NCBI GenBank assembly: GCA_022605425.2 | Contig: JAKIMF020000005.1 | Span: forward strand, 186,001 to 250,000 | Reading direction: 5' to 3' | Length of the DNA: 64,000 nt | Source: Hamiltosporidium tvaerminnensis FI-OER-3-3 | Taxonomy: Eukaryota > Fungi > Microsporidia | Shown here: positions 9,483 to 20,726 of the stretch, piece after piece | Layout of the letters: the number at the start of each line of letters is the position of its first letter | Numbering within the stretch: position 1 is the first letter of the stretch | The notes under the pieces: generated by a model | The model's database searches: none | What the model was told of the DNA's origin: nothing | What the model saw: only the letters and a program-made list of their open reading frames with translations | Made by a program: the position numbers and the translations under genes

Positions 9483-11315
9483 TTATGTTCGAATTTTCTT
9501 TTTATTAGAAATACTTTCATTTTTTTTCTGAAAAAAAAAGCACGAAGTTTTAAAAGTATTTAAATTTTCTGAACGTTTTAAATTTTTAATTTGTGACAAA
9601 ACTTTTTGGCTATCAAATGAGCCGTCGTTTTTTCTATCACAAAAAACTCCTTCAATTGTTTTATGGCGTATTAATTCGTTAAACATGGCAGAAAGCTCTT
9701 CGATTAAAGAATCTATCACATCCAAATATTCATCATAGAAAGTATAATTGTTTTTTGTTGAACTCAATAATTTATTAATTCGAGATGGGGTTAATTCGTC
9801 CAAGATTATGGTTTTTGAATGTTTTCTGGTATCTTTAACATGTTTATTTAAAACTTCACGCAAAACATCGGCTAAAGCGGGTTTATCTAAAATATTTTCT
9901 TCGACCAAGATGATCTTAAATCTTAAATTCGCGGATTGACAATTATAAATCTGAAGTTTGAGCAATCTCAAAAAAATTAAATTAATATTAAATTTCAAAG
10001 CTTTTAGACTGAAAATACTTGATAGATCATTTTTTTGTTGGCCCCAACTAACATCAAAGTTTTCTTTTACATCAAAAACGCATGAATTTCTAAAAAAGGA
10101 AATATCAATAAATATTAAATTGAATTTGTGATAATCGTTAGATATCGACAAAATTTTGTCTGAAAATGCCTTTAGTATTCTTTTGCACTTTATTGTTTTA
10201 TCTAACTCAATTTCAAAGTACAAACTATCGTTTTGTAAATAAATGTCAGTGAGTTTAATATTGGATACTTTTTCTTGATAAAAAAAAATTATAAAAATCG
10301 TTATTTCCTGTTCACTAAAATCCTGAAAGACTGATTTTTTCAAAATGAATAAATCCCAGAAATGGGCTTCAAATACTTTCATACGCTCTTCCCGTCTAAC
10401 AAAATCAAAGTACATATTCAATTGAAAACAAAATGTAAAATATCTACTTTCGTATTCATCATTCGAAAGATGTATACCGAGCGAACCAATCGATGCTCCA
10501 TGAATTCTCTTTCCCCCTTCGTTTAAAATATTAAATATTGATTTATTGTTAAAAAAACCGGTAACCCAATTCGTTCCTGTTTCACACAAACAGGTCTTTC
10601 TTATTTCTGAGGTTTCTATGTTCAAATATAAAAATATGCGTTCAAAAGAACCTTCGAAATGAAAATTCAATATAAGAAATTCAAATTCGGTTAATATTTG
10701 TCCAAAAATTTTCAGTGATTTTTTCAAAAGAGCTTCATTTTTCATCTTTTGTTCTTTTATGGCTTTAAAATTTTTATTCTTCAAAAAAAGCTTTTTCAAC
10801 ACAAATTTTTTTAAATACTTCAAAACACTATTTATATTTGTCGGCTTTGGGTCTGTTTGTGTTTCAAAATTAATTTGGTATAGTTTTTCAACAAGAATAG
10901 AAAGGTTTTGTTCAATTTGGAATCTGAAGTATTTATTTCGTATTTCCAATATAAACCAAAGTATATTTTTGTTTGCCTTCATATTTTGGGCAAATGAAAA
11001 GATATCCGTGCTTTCAAACACAGATTCTATGAATTGAATAAGTCCGTCTTCCACATCAATAATATTTTGTTGTTGTAAAACCATAGGTATCTTTACTGGA
11101 AAATGAATATTCAAGAGATTTATATTCAATGCATTTAAGTGCTTCAAAACGATTTCTTTGTTTTTTATATTATCTGTTGTTTCATAGTTTTGGCGATGTG
11201 TTGCATTTGTTGTAAAGAATGAAACAGAATTTATTTCATCAGAGAATGGAGTGTAAAACAGTGAATTTTTGAGATTTATTAAAATCATAAAAAGAATATT
11301 CTTTGAAAAAAACAT
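9483..11315 (-). CDS. Lineage-specific secreted protein, paralogue of 20727-22469
   Basis: 610-aa intact ORF with hydrophobic N-terminus. Colinear with the 580-aa ORF at 20727 (shared TCLCE..NWVTGFFN.KSIFNIL and KFNLIFIDISFFRNSC...VKENFDVSW). Confidence 0.85.
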   Translation of the reverse strand: MFFSKNILFMILINLKNSLFYTPFSDEINSVSFFTTNATHRQNYETTDNIKNKEIVLKHLNALNINLLNIHFPVKIPMVLQQQNIIDVEDGLIQFIESVFESTDIFSFAQNMKANKNILWFILEIRNKYFRFQIEQNLSILVEKLYQINFETQTDPKPTNINSVLKYLKKFVLKKLFLKNKNFKAIKEQKMKNEALLKKSLKIFGQILTEFEFLILNFHFEGSFERIFLYLNIETSEIRKTCLCETGTNWVTGFFNNKSIFNILNEGGKRIHGASIGSLGIHLSNDEYESRYFTFCFQLNMYFDFVRREERMKVFEAHFWDLFILKKSVFQDFSEQEITIFIIFFYQEKVSNIKLTDIYLQNDSLYFEIELDKTIKCKRILKAFSDKILSISNDYHKFNLIFIDISFFRNSCVFDVKENFDVSWGQQKNDLSSIFSLKALKFNINLIFLRLLKLQIYNCQSANLRFKIILVEENILDKPALADVLREVLNKHVKDTRKHSKTIILDELTPSRINKLLSSTKNNYTFYDEYLDVIDSLIEELSAMFNELIRHKTIEGVFCDRKNDGSFDSQKVLSQIKNLKRSENLNTFKTSCFFFQKKNESISNKKKIRT

Positions 11316-12150
11316 GTAACGGTATATTAAAAAAAATAGATTTCAAATATTTCAATCTTTAAACGGTAAATGAATCAAAAAATTATATTTCAACAATTTT
11401 TCGACTTCAAATTTTATATTTAAAAATATAAAAAAGATATTGAGATAAAAGACAATCTTGAAAAAAGGGGAAGGGATATGACTATATACTAAATATCTTC
11501 TTTAAAGAGATCTAATATCATATAGAAAGAGTCTTGATATTTCACGATCCTCATAAATAATATTTAGATTTATTTTTAAAAACAATAGATTGATTTACTG
11601 ACTTTAAAAATATTCAGAAAATTGTAGTTTTAACATTTTATTTTTGTTTTTTTAAGAGATAAAATATTTTTCTTATCGTAATATTTTTATAAAAAGGAGA
11701 TCCAATGAATATTTTATTTTTTTTTTGAATAATTTACTATTTTTAGAATATAACACGTATTACTTGTTAGAATATTCATAAGATAAAACATATCACGCAA
11801 TATCTATTCGATTAAAAATCCATATTTCTTTTCGAAATTATTCGAATGCAAAAATTTTTGAAAATTGTGGTTTAATTAACGTGAAAAAAATATCAAAAAA
11901 AAGATTAAAATAGAACAAGATGATCGTTAAAATTCAATTTATTTTTTGATTAAAAAAATATTTAGTTTTGGTTGATTTTTCTGCTTTTTTTAGAGCAAAA
12001 TTCAACACTTAATAAATAATAAACAAAATCATTGTATTTTGCGAGAATAAAAATTATAATTTACTTTATTTTGTCAAACGAAATGAATTTTTGTTGTTTC
12101 ATTTTTATACAAGGGAAAATTTAGATCCTTCAATATTACTAGGTAAAATA

Positions 12151-12848
12151 AGGATAGCCTCGTTAAAAAACATCTGCTTTGTGATGTGTATGTGACACTG
12201 ACGTATGAAATCATTGTTTGAATTTTAGATGGAGTGAAATATACTAAATTTTCTTTTGTTTTTTGGAACTTGATGAGAAAAGACTGTCTAAGAGTGGTTA
12301 AACCTTTTTTAGAAATCTATTTGTTGTTTCTTATGTAACTAAATTTGATAAAATATCTGATGTTCAAGGGAAAATCCATATACAGCATGGAAACCTCGCC
12401 TTGCACACTCAAGTTAGAAGACTTGGCACCTGGGTGATATAAAAGAATACCCTCAAAGCCGGAAAAGCCAAGCAGCAGGTTATGCCTGATGGTAAAACAT
12501 TGCACTGTTTAGATTGACATCATGTACGTCATCGAGATTATATTAATTAGAAGTTTATTCTATTCGGAAATCAAAAAGTAAGCGGGAATGCTGCTTAATC
12601 TTTAGGAGCCCAGGATAAGTCTAGACCTACAATCAGGCATAATATAACAGGTGTTAAAGAATATCATGCAACTATCTCATCTATTTATTGAGGTAAATAC
12701 ACTTTTTATACGAAAGACGTTGGAATGTAGGTTATTTTAGAGGGCACAGATGGAGTGTTGGAGGAGCATTATTTAAACCTAGAACCGCGTTGATGTCATG
12801 AAAATAATATTACACTTGCCACTGTTTTAAAAACATATGATATTTTTC
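12151..12848 (+). repeat. Structured ~730-nt dispersed repeat, copy C (full length, diverged)
   Basis: Colinear with copy A (AGCATGGAAACC, GTTAGAAGACTT, GCAGGTTAT, GATGGAGTGTTGG, AAACCTAGAAC, ACACTTGCCACTGTTTTAAAAA). Confidence 0.88.
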
Positions 12849-13324
12849 AGTAGAATTTTCATTGCTATTTTATGAAGTGAAGGATAAAAAAAGAAATGAA
12901 GAGTTTTTTTACTTTTATTTGATATTTTTTTAAAAAGTCCAAGAAATTGAAAAAAATAGGCCAATATCAAAGGATAAAACATGATTAAGGGCAATCACAG
13001 TTATATTCAAATGCAAAAGTTCCATATTCGTGCAAAAAACGTAATTTCTGATTCATTAACATCATTCATGTAATCAATTTTTATATAGATTACAGGAAAA
13101 TCAGAAAAAATATAAGCTATGAAAATGGCTTTTATGTCTGTTTTTTATGATGTTGATGCAATTTTTTTTGCCTAAAATGCTATTAATAAATGCATAGTAG
13201 TCATATATACTACAGTAAATATTTTGATTATACAGAATAAACGAATCGTTTAATTTAGATCTAAAAAAATTGATATATAACTAATATATGATAAAATTAA
13301 AAGAAAATATTTTTTATTTCTTAG

Positions 13325-15632
13325 TTAATGTAAAGTAATTCTTTCTGCACCAAATTCTTTTAGAATATGTTGAATAAACTTTTTCCATTGATCATCATTG
13401 CTATCCCAAAGTACAATATGCAAGTGTTTTAACGATGAAAATTTTATATATGATGACGCTTTAGAATGAACATCACAGCCATCTAATCTCAAAAATTGAA
13501 GTTGACTTAACTTGGAGATAAATTTCAAAGCAGATTCGTCAATATGTATTTTGGTAAAAGATAAACGTTCGATTTTATATTCCTTATTAGAGCAAAATAA
13601 TTGCGAAAAAGATATGTTTTTAAACACAATATTTTGCAATGTAAGTTCTTTTAAATAAAATAAGTCACCAAATGCCTCGGAATCCGAGGCCTGGATAGAA
13701 AATTCCATCATGTACAGTTTTTTGATTCTGCTAAAATTATATTTTTCAAACAACAGCTTCAAGTGACCTGAACTAGATTCAAAACCCAAATTATTATTTT
13801 TAAACGGTAAAGATTTAAAAGGTGAATTTTTTAAAGGGACTCCTATGAAATATTCAGTACTTAAATCCCATATGTACAACCCTTTTACTTCAATTTTTTG
13901 ATTCTTTAAAGAACCTCAGTTCAATATAATTACAATACGAAAGATGACCTTCTTTGAGATTTACCATAAGCTTTATAAGTTTGTAAAAATGTTGGCATTC
14001 TTTTTCCTTTTTCGTTTGAAAAAAAAAATGTTTGATAGATTCACTTTGTATTTTAAACTCATTTTCCACATAAATTTCGGATTCTTTTATGCTTAAATGC
14101 TTTAGCTTAGGTATGCGGAAAATGGTTTTCAAAAAATTACAATATATTTTCGAGTTTTTTATAACAATTTTTCTAATATTTTCCGGCAAAACACTATCTG
14201 AGATTCTAAAATTTTTCAATTTAAAGTTTTCAAAAGTAATAAAAACATAGTTAAAACTTCCATTCAGTTCATAATAACAATTAAGTCGCCAGTTGTCGTA
14301 TATTAAATCCAAAGAATCAAATATTTTTATTTTTTCTTCAGATATTTCTAAATTAAACAAACTTAAATATAAATTGTCAGCTTTCCTTTCAACATTGATA
14401 CGAGACGGAATAACATTTTTAAGTGGAAACAACCAATTCATTATTTTTCCTTTCTTTGAATTCATTATAATACGTTTGATAGTGTTGAGATTTTTACTTA
14501 CATTGGAATTTGTAGGTAAATCTTCATCTTTGAAGACAATACCAGTAAAAAATATAAATTTTGGTCCTTTACTAAACTCTTCTGAAAATTGTAATTTTGT
14601 TTCATATATCGATTTTAAAAAAACAATTTTTTTAAGGTTTCTAAAATTTAAATTTCTCTCCAAAGATCTTATAAGCTGATCGCTAATTGAAACATTATTA
14701 AATACAATCTCATCAATATTCTTCTTTAAATTTTCTAAAATGAAACAATAACCTTCCAACGCAACATCTTTCATATTTTCTATGTGTAGATATTTTACAT
14801 CAAAAGTATTTAGCAGCAAAATAAACAAATTTTTGTTGACTAAATTATTATCTAGATTTTGAGTTATGAATGAAGCTATTTTTTCGTTTATTATCAAACA
14901 CTGCATGCTATCTTCTGTATACAATTTTTCATAAGTAAACTCCAATGTTTCCACTTCAACCTTAAAAAATTCAGAATAAATATTTTTTCCTTTCGAAAAG
15001 AAATTTTCAAAATACACTTGAAATAAAATTTTGCAAAATTCAACAGAAAAAATTTCCTGTTTTGGAAAGTGAGATGAAATTTTATCCATATCTAAATCCT
15101 GAATTTCTTTAGCCTTTGCCAAAGAAAACAAAATCTTTTTCAAACACTTTTGAAGTATATCTTCATATGTAACTCTTAAATATTCTAAAAAATACAAGAT
15201 ATTGTAAAATTTTACTATCGTCATCGATTCCTCCTCTTGTGAATTATTTGAGACTATAAATCTGTGAAAATTTAAGAATTCGGATTCTTTTACATGATGA
15301 CAAAGAAATATTTCTATATTCTGATTGTCCTCATTGATAGTATCAAGCGTTTCAAATTTAAATTCAGTTTTTTCTATATTGTATAGAGTGTGCTGGTTAT
15401 ATTCTACATTCGTATCTCTTTTGGAAATTTGTTCAACTGCTTCAGCCTCGGTAGATTCATCATCAAATTTTCTTCTTATTCGGCAAATACATTCATTTTT
15501 CGATTCGTGATTATTTAAGCCAGATATCTGTTCTTTATTTTCTTTTGCGACATAGAATATTATATCTTTTTGCTTTGAATTTCTGATAAAAACAAAGATA
15601 ATCAAATTTAAGCAATAATGAAACGAAAACAT
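13325..15632 (-). CDS. Signal peptide + BTB-like + LRR family protein, split by one frameshift (ORFs 13890-15632 and 13325-13879)
   Basis: Signal peptide MFSFHYCLNLIIFVFI; LRR-like units (LKHLSIKES, LKELTLQNI, LQFLRLDGC). TCA AAA AAT TGA would read TCA AAA ATT GAA with one A fewer in the A6 run. CCCC directly before the ATG. Confidence 0.8.
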
Positions 15633-15849
15633 GGGGTAATGAAAAGAAGCATTTTTAAAACGGATAAAAAAATATGTAGCAATAATTTTTACAAAAATTT
15701 GCTTGTTTAGATTAAATGTGATTTTTATATCAATTCTATGACAAAAATGATTTTAATTTATCATTTTATCATCAATTTTGGTTTTATTATTTGAATAATA
15801 GAAATTTACAAATAATACTTAGTAGATTGGCAATGGACTCGCCCAAAGA

Positions 15850-16600
15850 ATGAACTAAAAAAAATTAAATTTCATTACTATATGACATAGGCCATAGAAT
15901 CTTCTTTGGATTATTGTTCTACTTATATGTAGAGTTAGACCAATATAAGAAATATTGTGATAATATACCAAAATAGAAATAATGACAAAAAAAATAAAAA
16001 ATGTGAAAAATAAAACAGAAAAAAATTAAAAGTAAATTTAAAAAGATAAAATAAAAAAATCAAGATATGAACAAATAAAAATTTTCATTTATAGCTTATT
16101 AAATCTGCCTTTAGATATAAATTTAGATATATCAGATATTCTTTATAAAAAAACTTCTAAATTGTTAAAGCACACTTTCTCTGCAATAATCCGGCTTTAA
16201 TTCTCATAAAAGCTATCTGTTTTGTTTTTTTTTGTGTCAAAGGATTTTTGAAAACACACCACGCCAACTAGATTAAATTTGATATGGTGTTAAAAAATAT
16301 CAAATTGTTTTATCGTTTCTAATATAAGCCTCTCTATACCTCATATCAAATCTTTAATATTTAATATAGGCTTGCTGTTCCACATCCTTTTCTGATATAG
16401 TGTTTAATCCTTCAGTAAATTCTAAATTAAACTCATGACTAAATTCCTTCAAGAATTCCAATATTACTTTATTATTTGTTAATTAAACCGCTGAACGCGG
16501 TATTTTATACCATATCAGTCTTATGACACCAGAATCGGTGATATTTATAGCCTAAACCCATTTATATAAATTTGAAACAATTTATTTAAAAATTTAAACT
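15850..16600 (-). pseudogene. Possible decayed LINE reverse transcriptase fossil
   Basis: Minus strand gives VGVVCFQKSFDT at 16233-16268 (cf. GIFIDLSKAFDT) and PKKILWP at about 15889-15909 (cf. PQGSILGP), in the correct order. Confidence 0.35.
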
Positions 16601-17999
16601 TGGTTTTGTTTTCAACGCTAAGTAATGTCATCGTTAATTTATTTTTACCGGTGATTGATTCTTTTGACTTAGACTTGATTGGATTGTTTTGGTCTTCTTC
16701 AAACAATCTAACATTCTGCAAACATAGAAATTATCTGCAAAAGAATGCTAAAAACACCAACCTATATCTCTTTATAGAATAATTCGACACAGTCATTTAA
16801 AATTGCTATAATAAGATAGAAGCTATTCTGCGGCTATGTTTTTAAATACAAATAAATTTTTTTGTATATAAAATGCTTGAAAACATACATATCTCTTATT
16901 TTCATTACAAAATTTCTTTGATCAGCATAAAATATTTGAAATACGATTCGATACTGTAAAAGTATAGGCAATATTTTAGAGATGCGACTTAATAGTCGAT
17001 ATCTCTCGAGCAGAAAATTCGAGGCGTATTCAGTAAATTCTTTTATTTCAAAACCTGATTTAAGAGATTTACAAATTTTTAATCATCCGCTTAATAAATA
17101 AATGTGAAAGAAAAAACATTTTTAAATTAAATTCAAATACAAATACGAGAAATTTACTTTTTTAATAGTATTGATTCTACTCTTGATACTATTTTAAAAT
17201 ATTTTTTTAGCACTGCGATCTTCTTTGTTTAATTTAATACAAAACAAATTACAGCCAACACTCTCAACAATATTTAAATTAGACCTAAAACACGCTTCGA
17301 ATTTAATATTGGTGTTTCTATTTATGGCAAGGTTTTTTCTACAATGACAATATCTTAAAAAAAGAACTCGATACTTCTATCGGGAATATCAACATCTCTT
17401 TTTTTTAGGAACTACTTAGTTATTTTTGATTGTATGAATGTATTGAATTTATTCCCGTCTCTTGAATAGCCTACTACTTAAAAAGATAGTTAAGTTGCTG
17501 TATATTGCAAAAAAATGTTTATAAAAGGCTTTAGACCCCTGAATATATATAATCGTCAATTTTTCGGCTTCCATTACATTTTAAGCCTGTATAGTTTTAC
17601 TTATTTGGTTGGAATCGTATCGCTCATTTTACTTTTTTTAGTATGCAATAGATAAAGTGAGTTATGAATAAGACAATAGACATTTGTTTTTTATTTTAAA
17701 TTGATCGCAACAACTTCTGTTGCCATTTTCTGATTCAGAATAAATTATTTTATCTTTTTGAAGTTTAAGATTATTTTTTCTTGATTGCTTTCAACTGCGA
17801 CAATAAAACTTATTAATTCGTTTTCTAGAAGAAATTTCGATGCCAGTGCTAGTATTTTTTTATTTTTTTTTAGGTTCTATAATTTAAATATATATGAATA
17901 CTGAAAAGAAAAGATACATACTCAATGTAGAATGTTTAAAGAGTAATCCGAGAGCCATTATTTGTTATTGAGTTCCGTAATCTAATAATATGGGCCATT

Positions 18000-19350
18000 T
18001 GTAATAAAAATATATCGGTTCTTGAATAATACAATAAAAAATGTTGTTTTTTATAGTATATTTATTTCCCTATAATAGAAACACAATCACATGTGAATCA
18101 GAGCGTGCATAGGTTATCGGCATTCAGAATCCATTTTTATTTTGGTTGGTCATGTTTTGAGCCTAACGCAAAATTTTTTGTGCAAAGCCTAAAGAGTTTA
18201 CTAACCGAAGATCAACCAGACCTTCCGGGAGTATATTATATTCTCACAATAGACATTTGGGCAGAAAATATCATGTGAATGAAAATTTCCTTCTAAAAGA
18301 GAAACATACTACAATTTTACAAGACAGAAAGACATGAACCTAGAAACACAATTTTAAATTTTAATGATCGTGATCTCAAAAGTTAATTCTGGACAATAAT
18401 TTTCGACTTTCGATAGTTTCACGAAGTTTATATATTAACGAAAAGTAGTAAACTGTTTACAGATAGCAAATAATTTTAAGATTATCATTCCTGCTGTAGA
18501 GAGATGTTCATGAAAATCAAAAATGGCTTTAAAAATATCTGGTTGACAGATCAAATAATAGCGAAGAGAGTAAATGGCATTGCAGTTTTCACACTTACAT
18601 AAATGGAAGACAAATAAATTCGCTGGAATGATTACATTTAGTCCTTGATGACTCAACATATTTTTTGGATCTAACTCAAGTTTTGCCTTTTAGATAAAAG
18701 ATTGATTCAAAAAATAAAATATATGAAGCTTGCATATGTACTTATTAGTAAAGAGGAAAAAGCCGTAAAAAAAATAATTTTATAGTAATCTAAATCCTTT
18801 AAAAAGAGCGATCTTGCATCGAAAAATGTGGAGTATTTTTACATTTCTGGCGGAAGGAATATGAGTGGAAAAAATAAATATGTCTTTGCTTGTATATCGT
18901 GCAAGAAGCCGATGAAAATAAGTGATTCGGAGCAATTGATAAAAATAGGATATTCATCGAAAGTCGTTTTGTTAAAAAGTCTTAGAGATTTTTTAAAGGT
19001 TTAAAACCAATTATCTCAACCATTGACTATATAAAATCACACTAAGCATTAATTTGCAACTCAATGGGTTTGTTTGAGAAATTCAAGCCAAAGATTTACC
19101 ATATATACTGCAGATTTCTGGATCAGTTTTGCTGAAGTTTCGATGCAGTTTTTTAAACTTATAAAAATTATTAAAATATAAATCAAAATCGGAATCGACT
19201 CCTTTTTTATCTTATAAAGCAATAAAAAGGCTATAGAAATCATTTTTCTATACTGATTAGATTAGAAATTTGAATGAATTTTATTTCAAATTGAGAGTAA
19301 AAATCAGATGCGGATTAAATTAACACCTAGTTAAAATATTTGGTTAAAAA
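18000..19350 (+). pseudogene. Possible decayed hAT (ZMYM1-like) transposase fossil
   Basis: GGRNMSGKNK at 18849-18878 (cf. DGASNMSGK) followed by a YI.C-like motif. No intact ORF and no TIRs found. Confidence 0.3.
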
Positions 19351-20119
19351 TTATCTTTTTTGAATCACAAACATTAAAAAATTCTTCGCGTATTTTTATC
19401 TACCAAAAATTTAGTGAACAAAGAAACGAACTATTTTCAATAGAGTTTCCAAAATAAATTTTAGATACCTTGAAAATAAATTTTTATTTTTTTTTACCAA
19501 TTTCGATCTTGTAAGAAATTATTGTCATTTTTTAAAATCTTACCACTGCTGGTTTTAAAACTCTAGCCTCGGGGCTTCAATTCGAACAATAGATATATAC
19601 TGCAGTTATACTCCGAAAGTAAAATATTTAAATTTATCATCACAGGTATTTTATTTAAACTCTTTTGGTCACAAAATTTAATAAATTTGCTCGAGGTTAC
19701 ATTCCTTATTTTAAAGATATTAATTTATGTGAAGAAATATTCTTGAAATGAAATACACGAATGACACATCTGATTTCATTTCGCTGATGGCATCATAAGA
19801 TAATATTTAAAATTTTGTATAAAAATTAGAACCGAAATTTCAAGAAATCAATCCAACCAAATTTCAATCCATAATTTTATGTATAATAATTATGCCATCA
19901 ATTTTTAGTATTTAGTTTTGGTTTTTCGGTATAAAACAAAAAAAATAGATAAATAATTTTAAACCAGCTAAACTTCTTTATATAGCAATTCCATGACAAA
20001 AATCAAATACTTTATCACCTTTTTGTATTTTATTTATGTTTTTAAATTTTATAAGCTCATTTTACAGAACACTTAATATATAAAATTGGTCATTTAAATT
20101 CAAAAATATGTCTAGACCG

Positions 20120-20640
20120 CTGTCAGAGACCTGAATTATACTGCGGGCTTTAGTTTGGCGATTTATGTTGGGGTAAATATCATTAAAAGCATGGAAACCC
20201 GGGCTTGTCACTTCGGTTAGAAGAACTAGCGAGCTAAAGCTAGAAAAAACATACACGTTAAATAGCTAGGAAAACCCAGTAGAAGTTATAGCATTGGTAT
20301 GAAATTGCGGCGTGTACTTCAACTTCATATAAATAACCGGGAAATATGCATGTTGTAACTTTATTAGGTTCGTAGGGTGTAGAGTAATAGACAATGATTC
20401 TGTATTGCGCATATCAAAGTCTGTTTAGCCTCGCTTATACATTGGTAATTAATATTGAATAAACATGGCCAATAGACTCGCGCATAAACTGGTCTTATCT
20501 ATTTTTTAGATTAAAATTTTTGGATCTAGCATGTAGGTATTTAAGCGATATCGAAGAGTGCTGAATCAGTAGCTAACTATTTTAAACCCAGAACTGCGTT
20601 AATGTCACGAAAAGAATAAAAATAGAAGCCTCTTTAAATA
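20120..20640 (+). repeat. Structured dispersed repeat, copy E (most diverged, 5' part not recognisable)
   Basis: Retains ordered islands AAAAGCATGGAAACC, CGGTTAGAAGA, TTGGTATGA.ATTGC, GTGTAGAGTAA, ATGTAGGTAT and AAACC.AGAACTGCGTTAATGTCA.GAAAA with divergent spacers. Confidence 0.75.
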
Positions 20641-20726
20641 ATAAGTGGTTTTCTTATATTAAATACAAAAAATTATTCACGGTAGAAAAAATAAGAATGC
20701 AATAATCATATTTTTAGACTTTCAAT

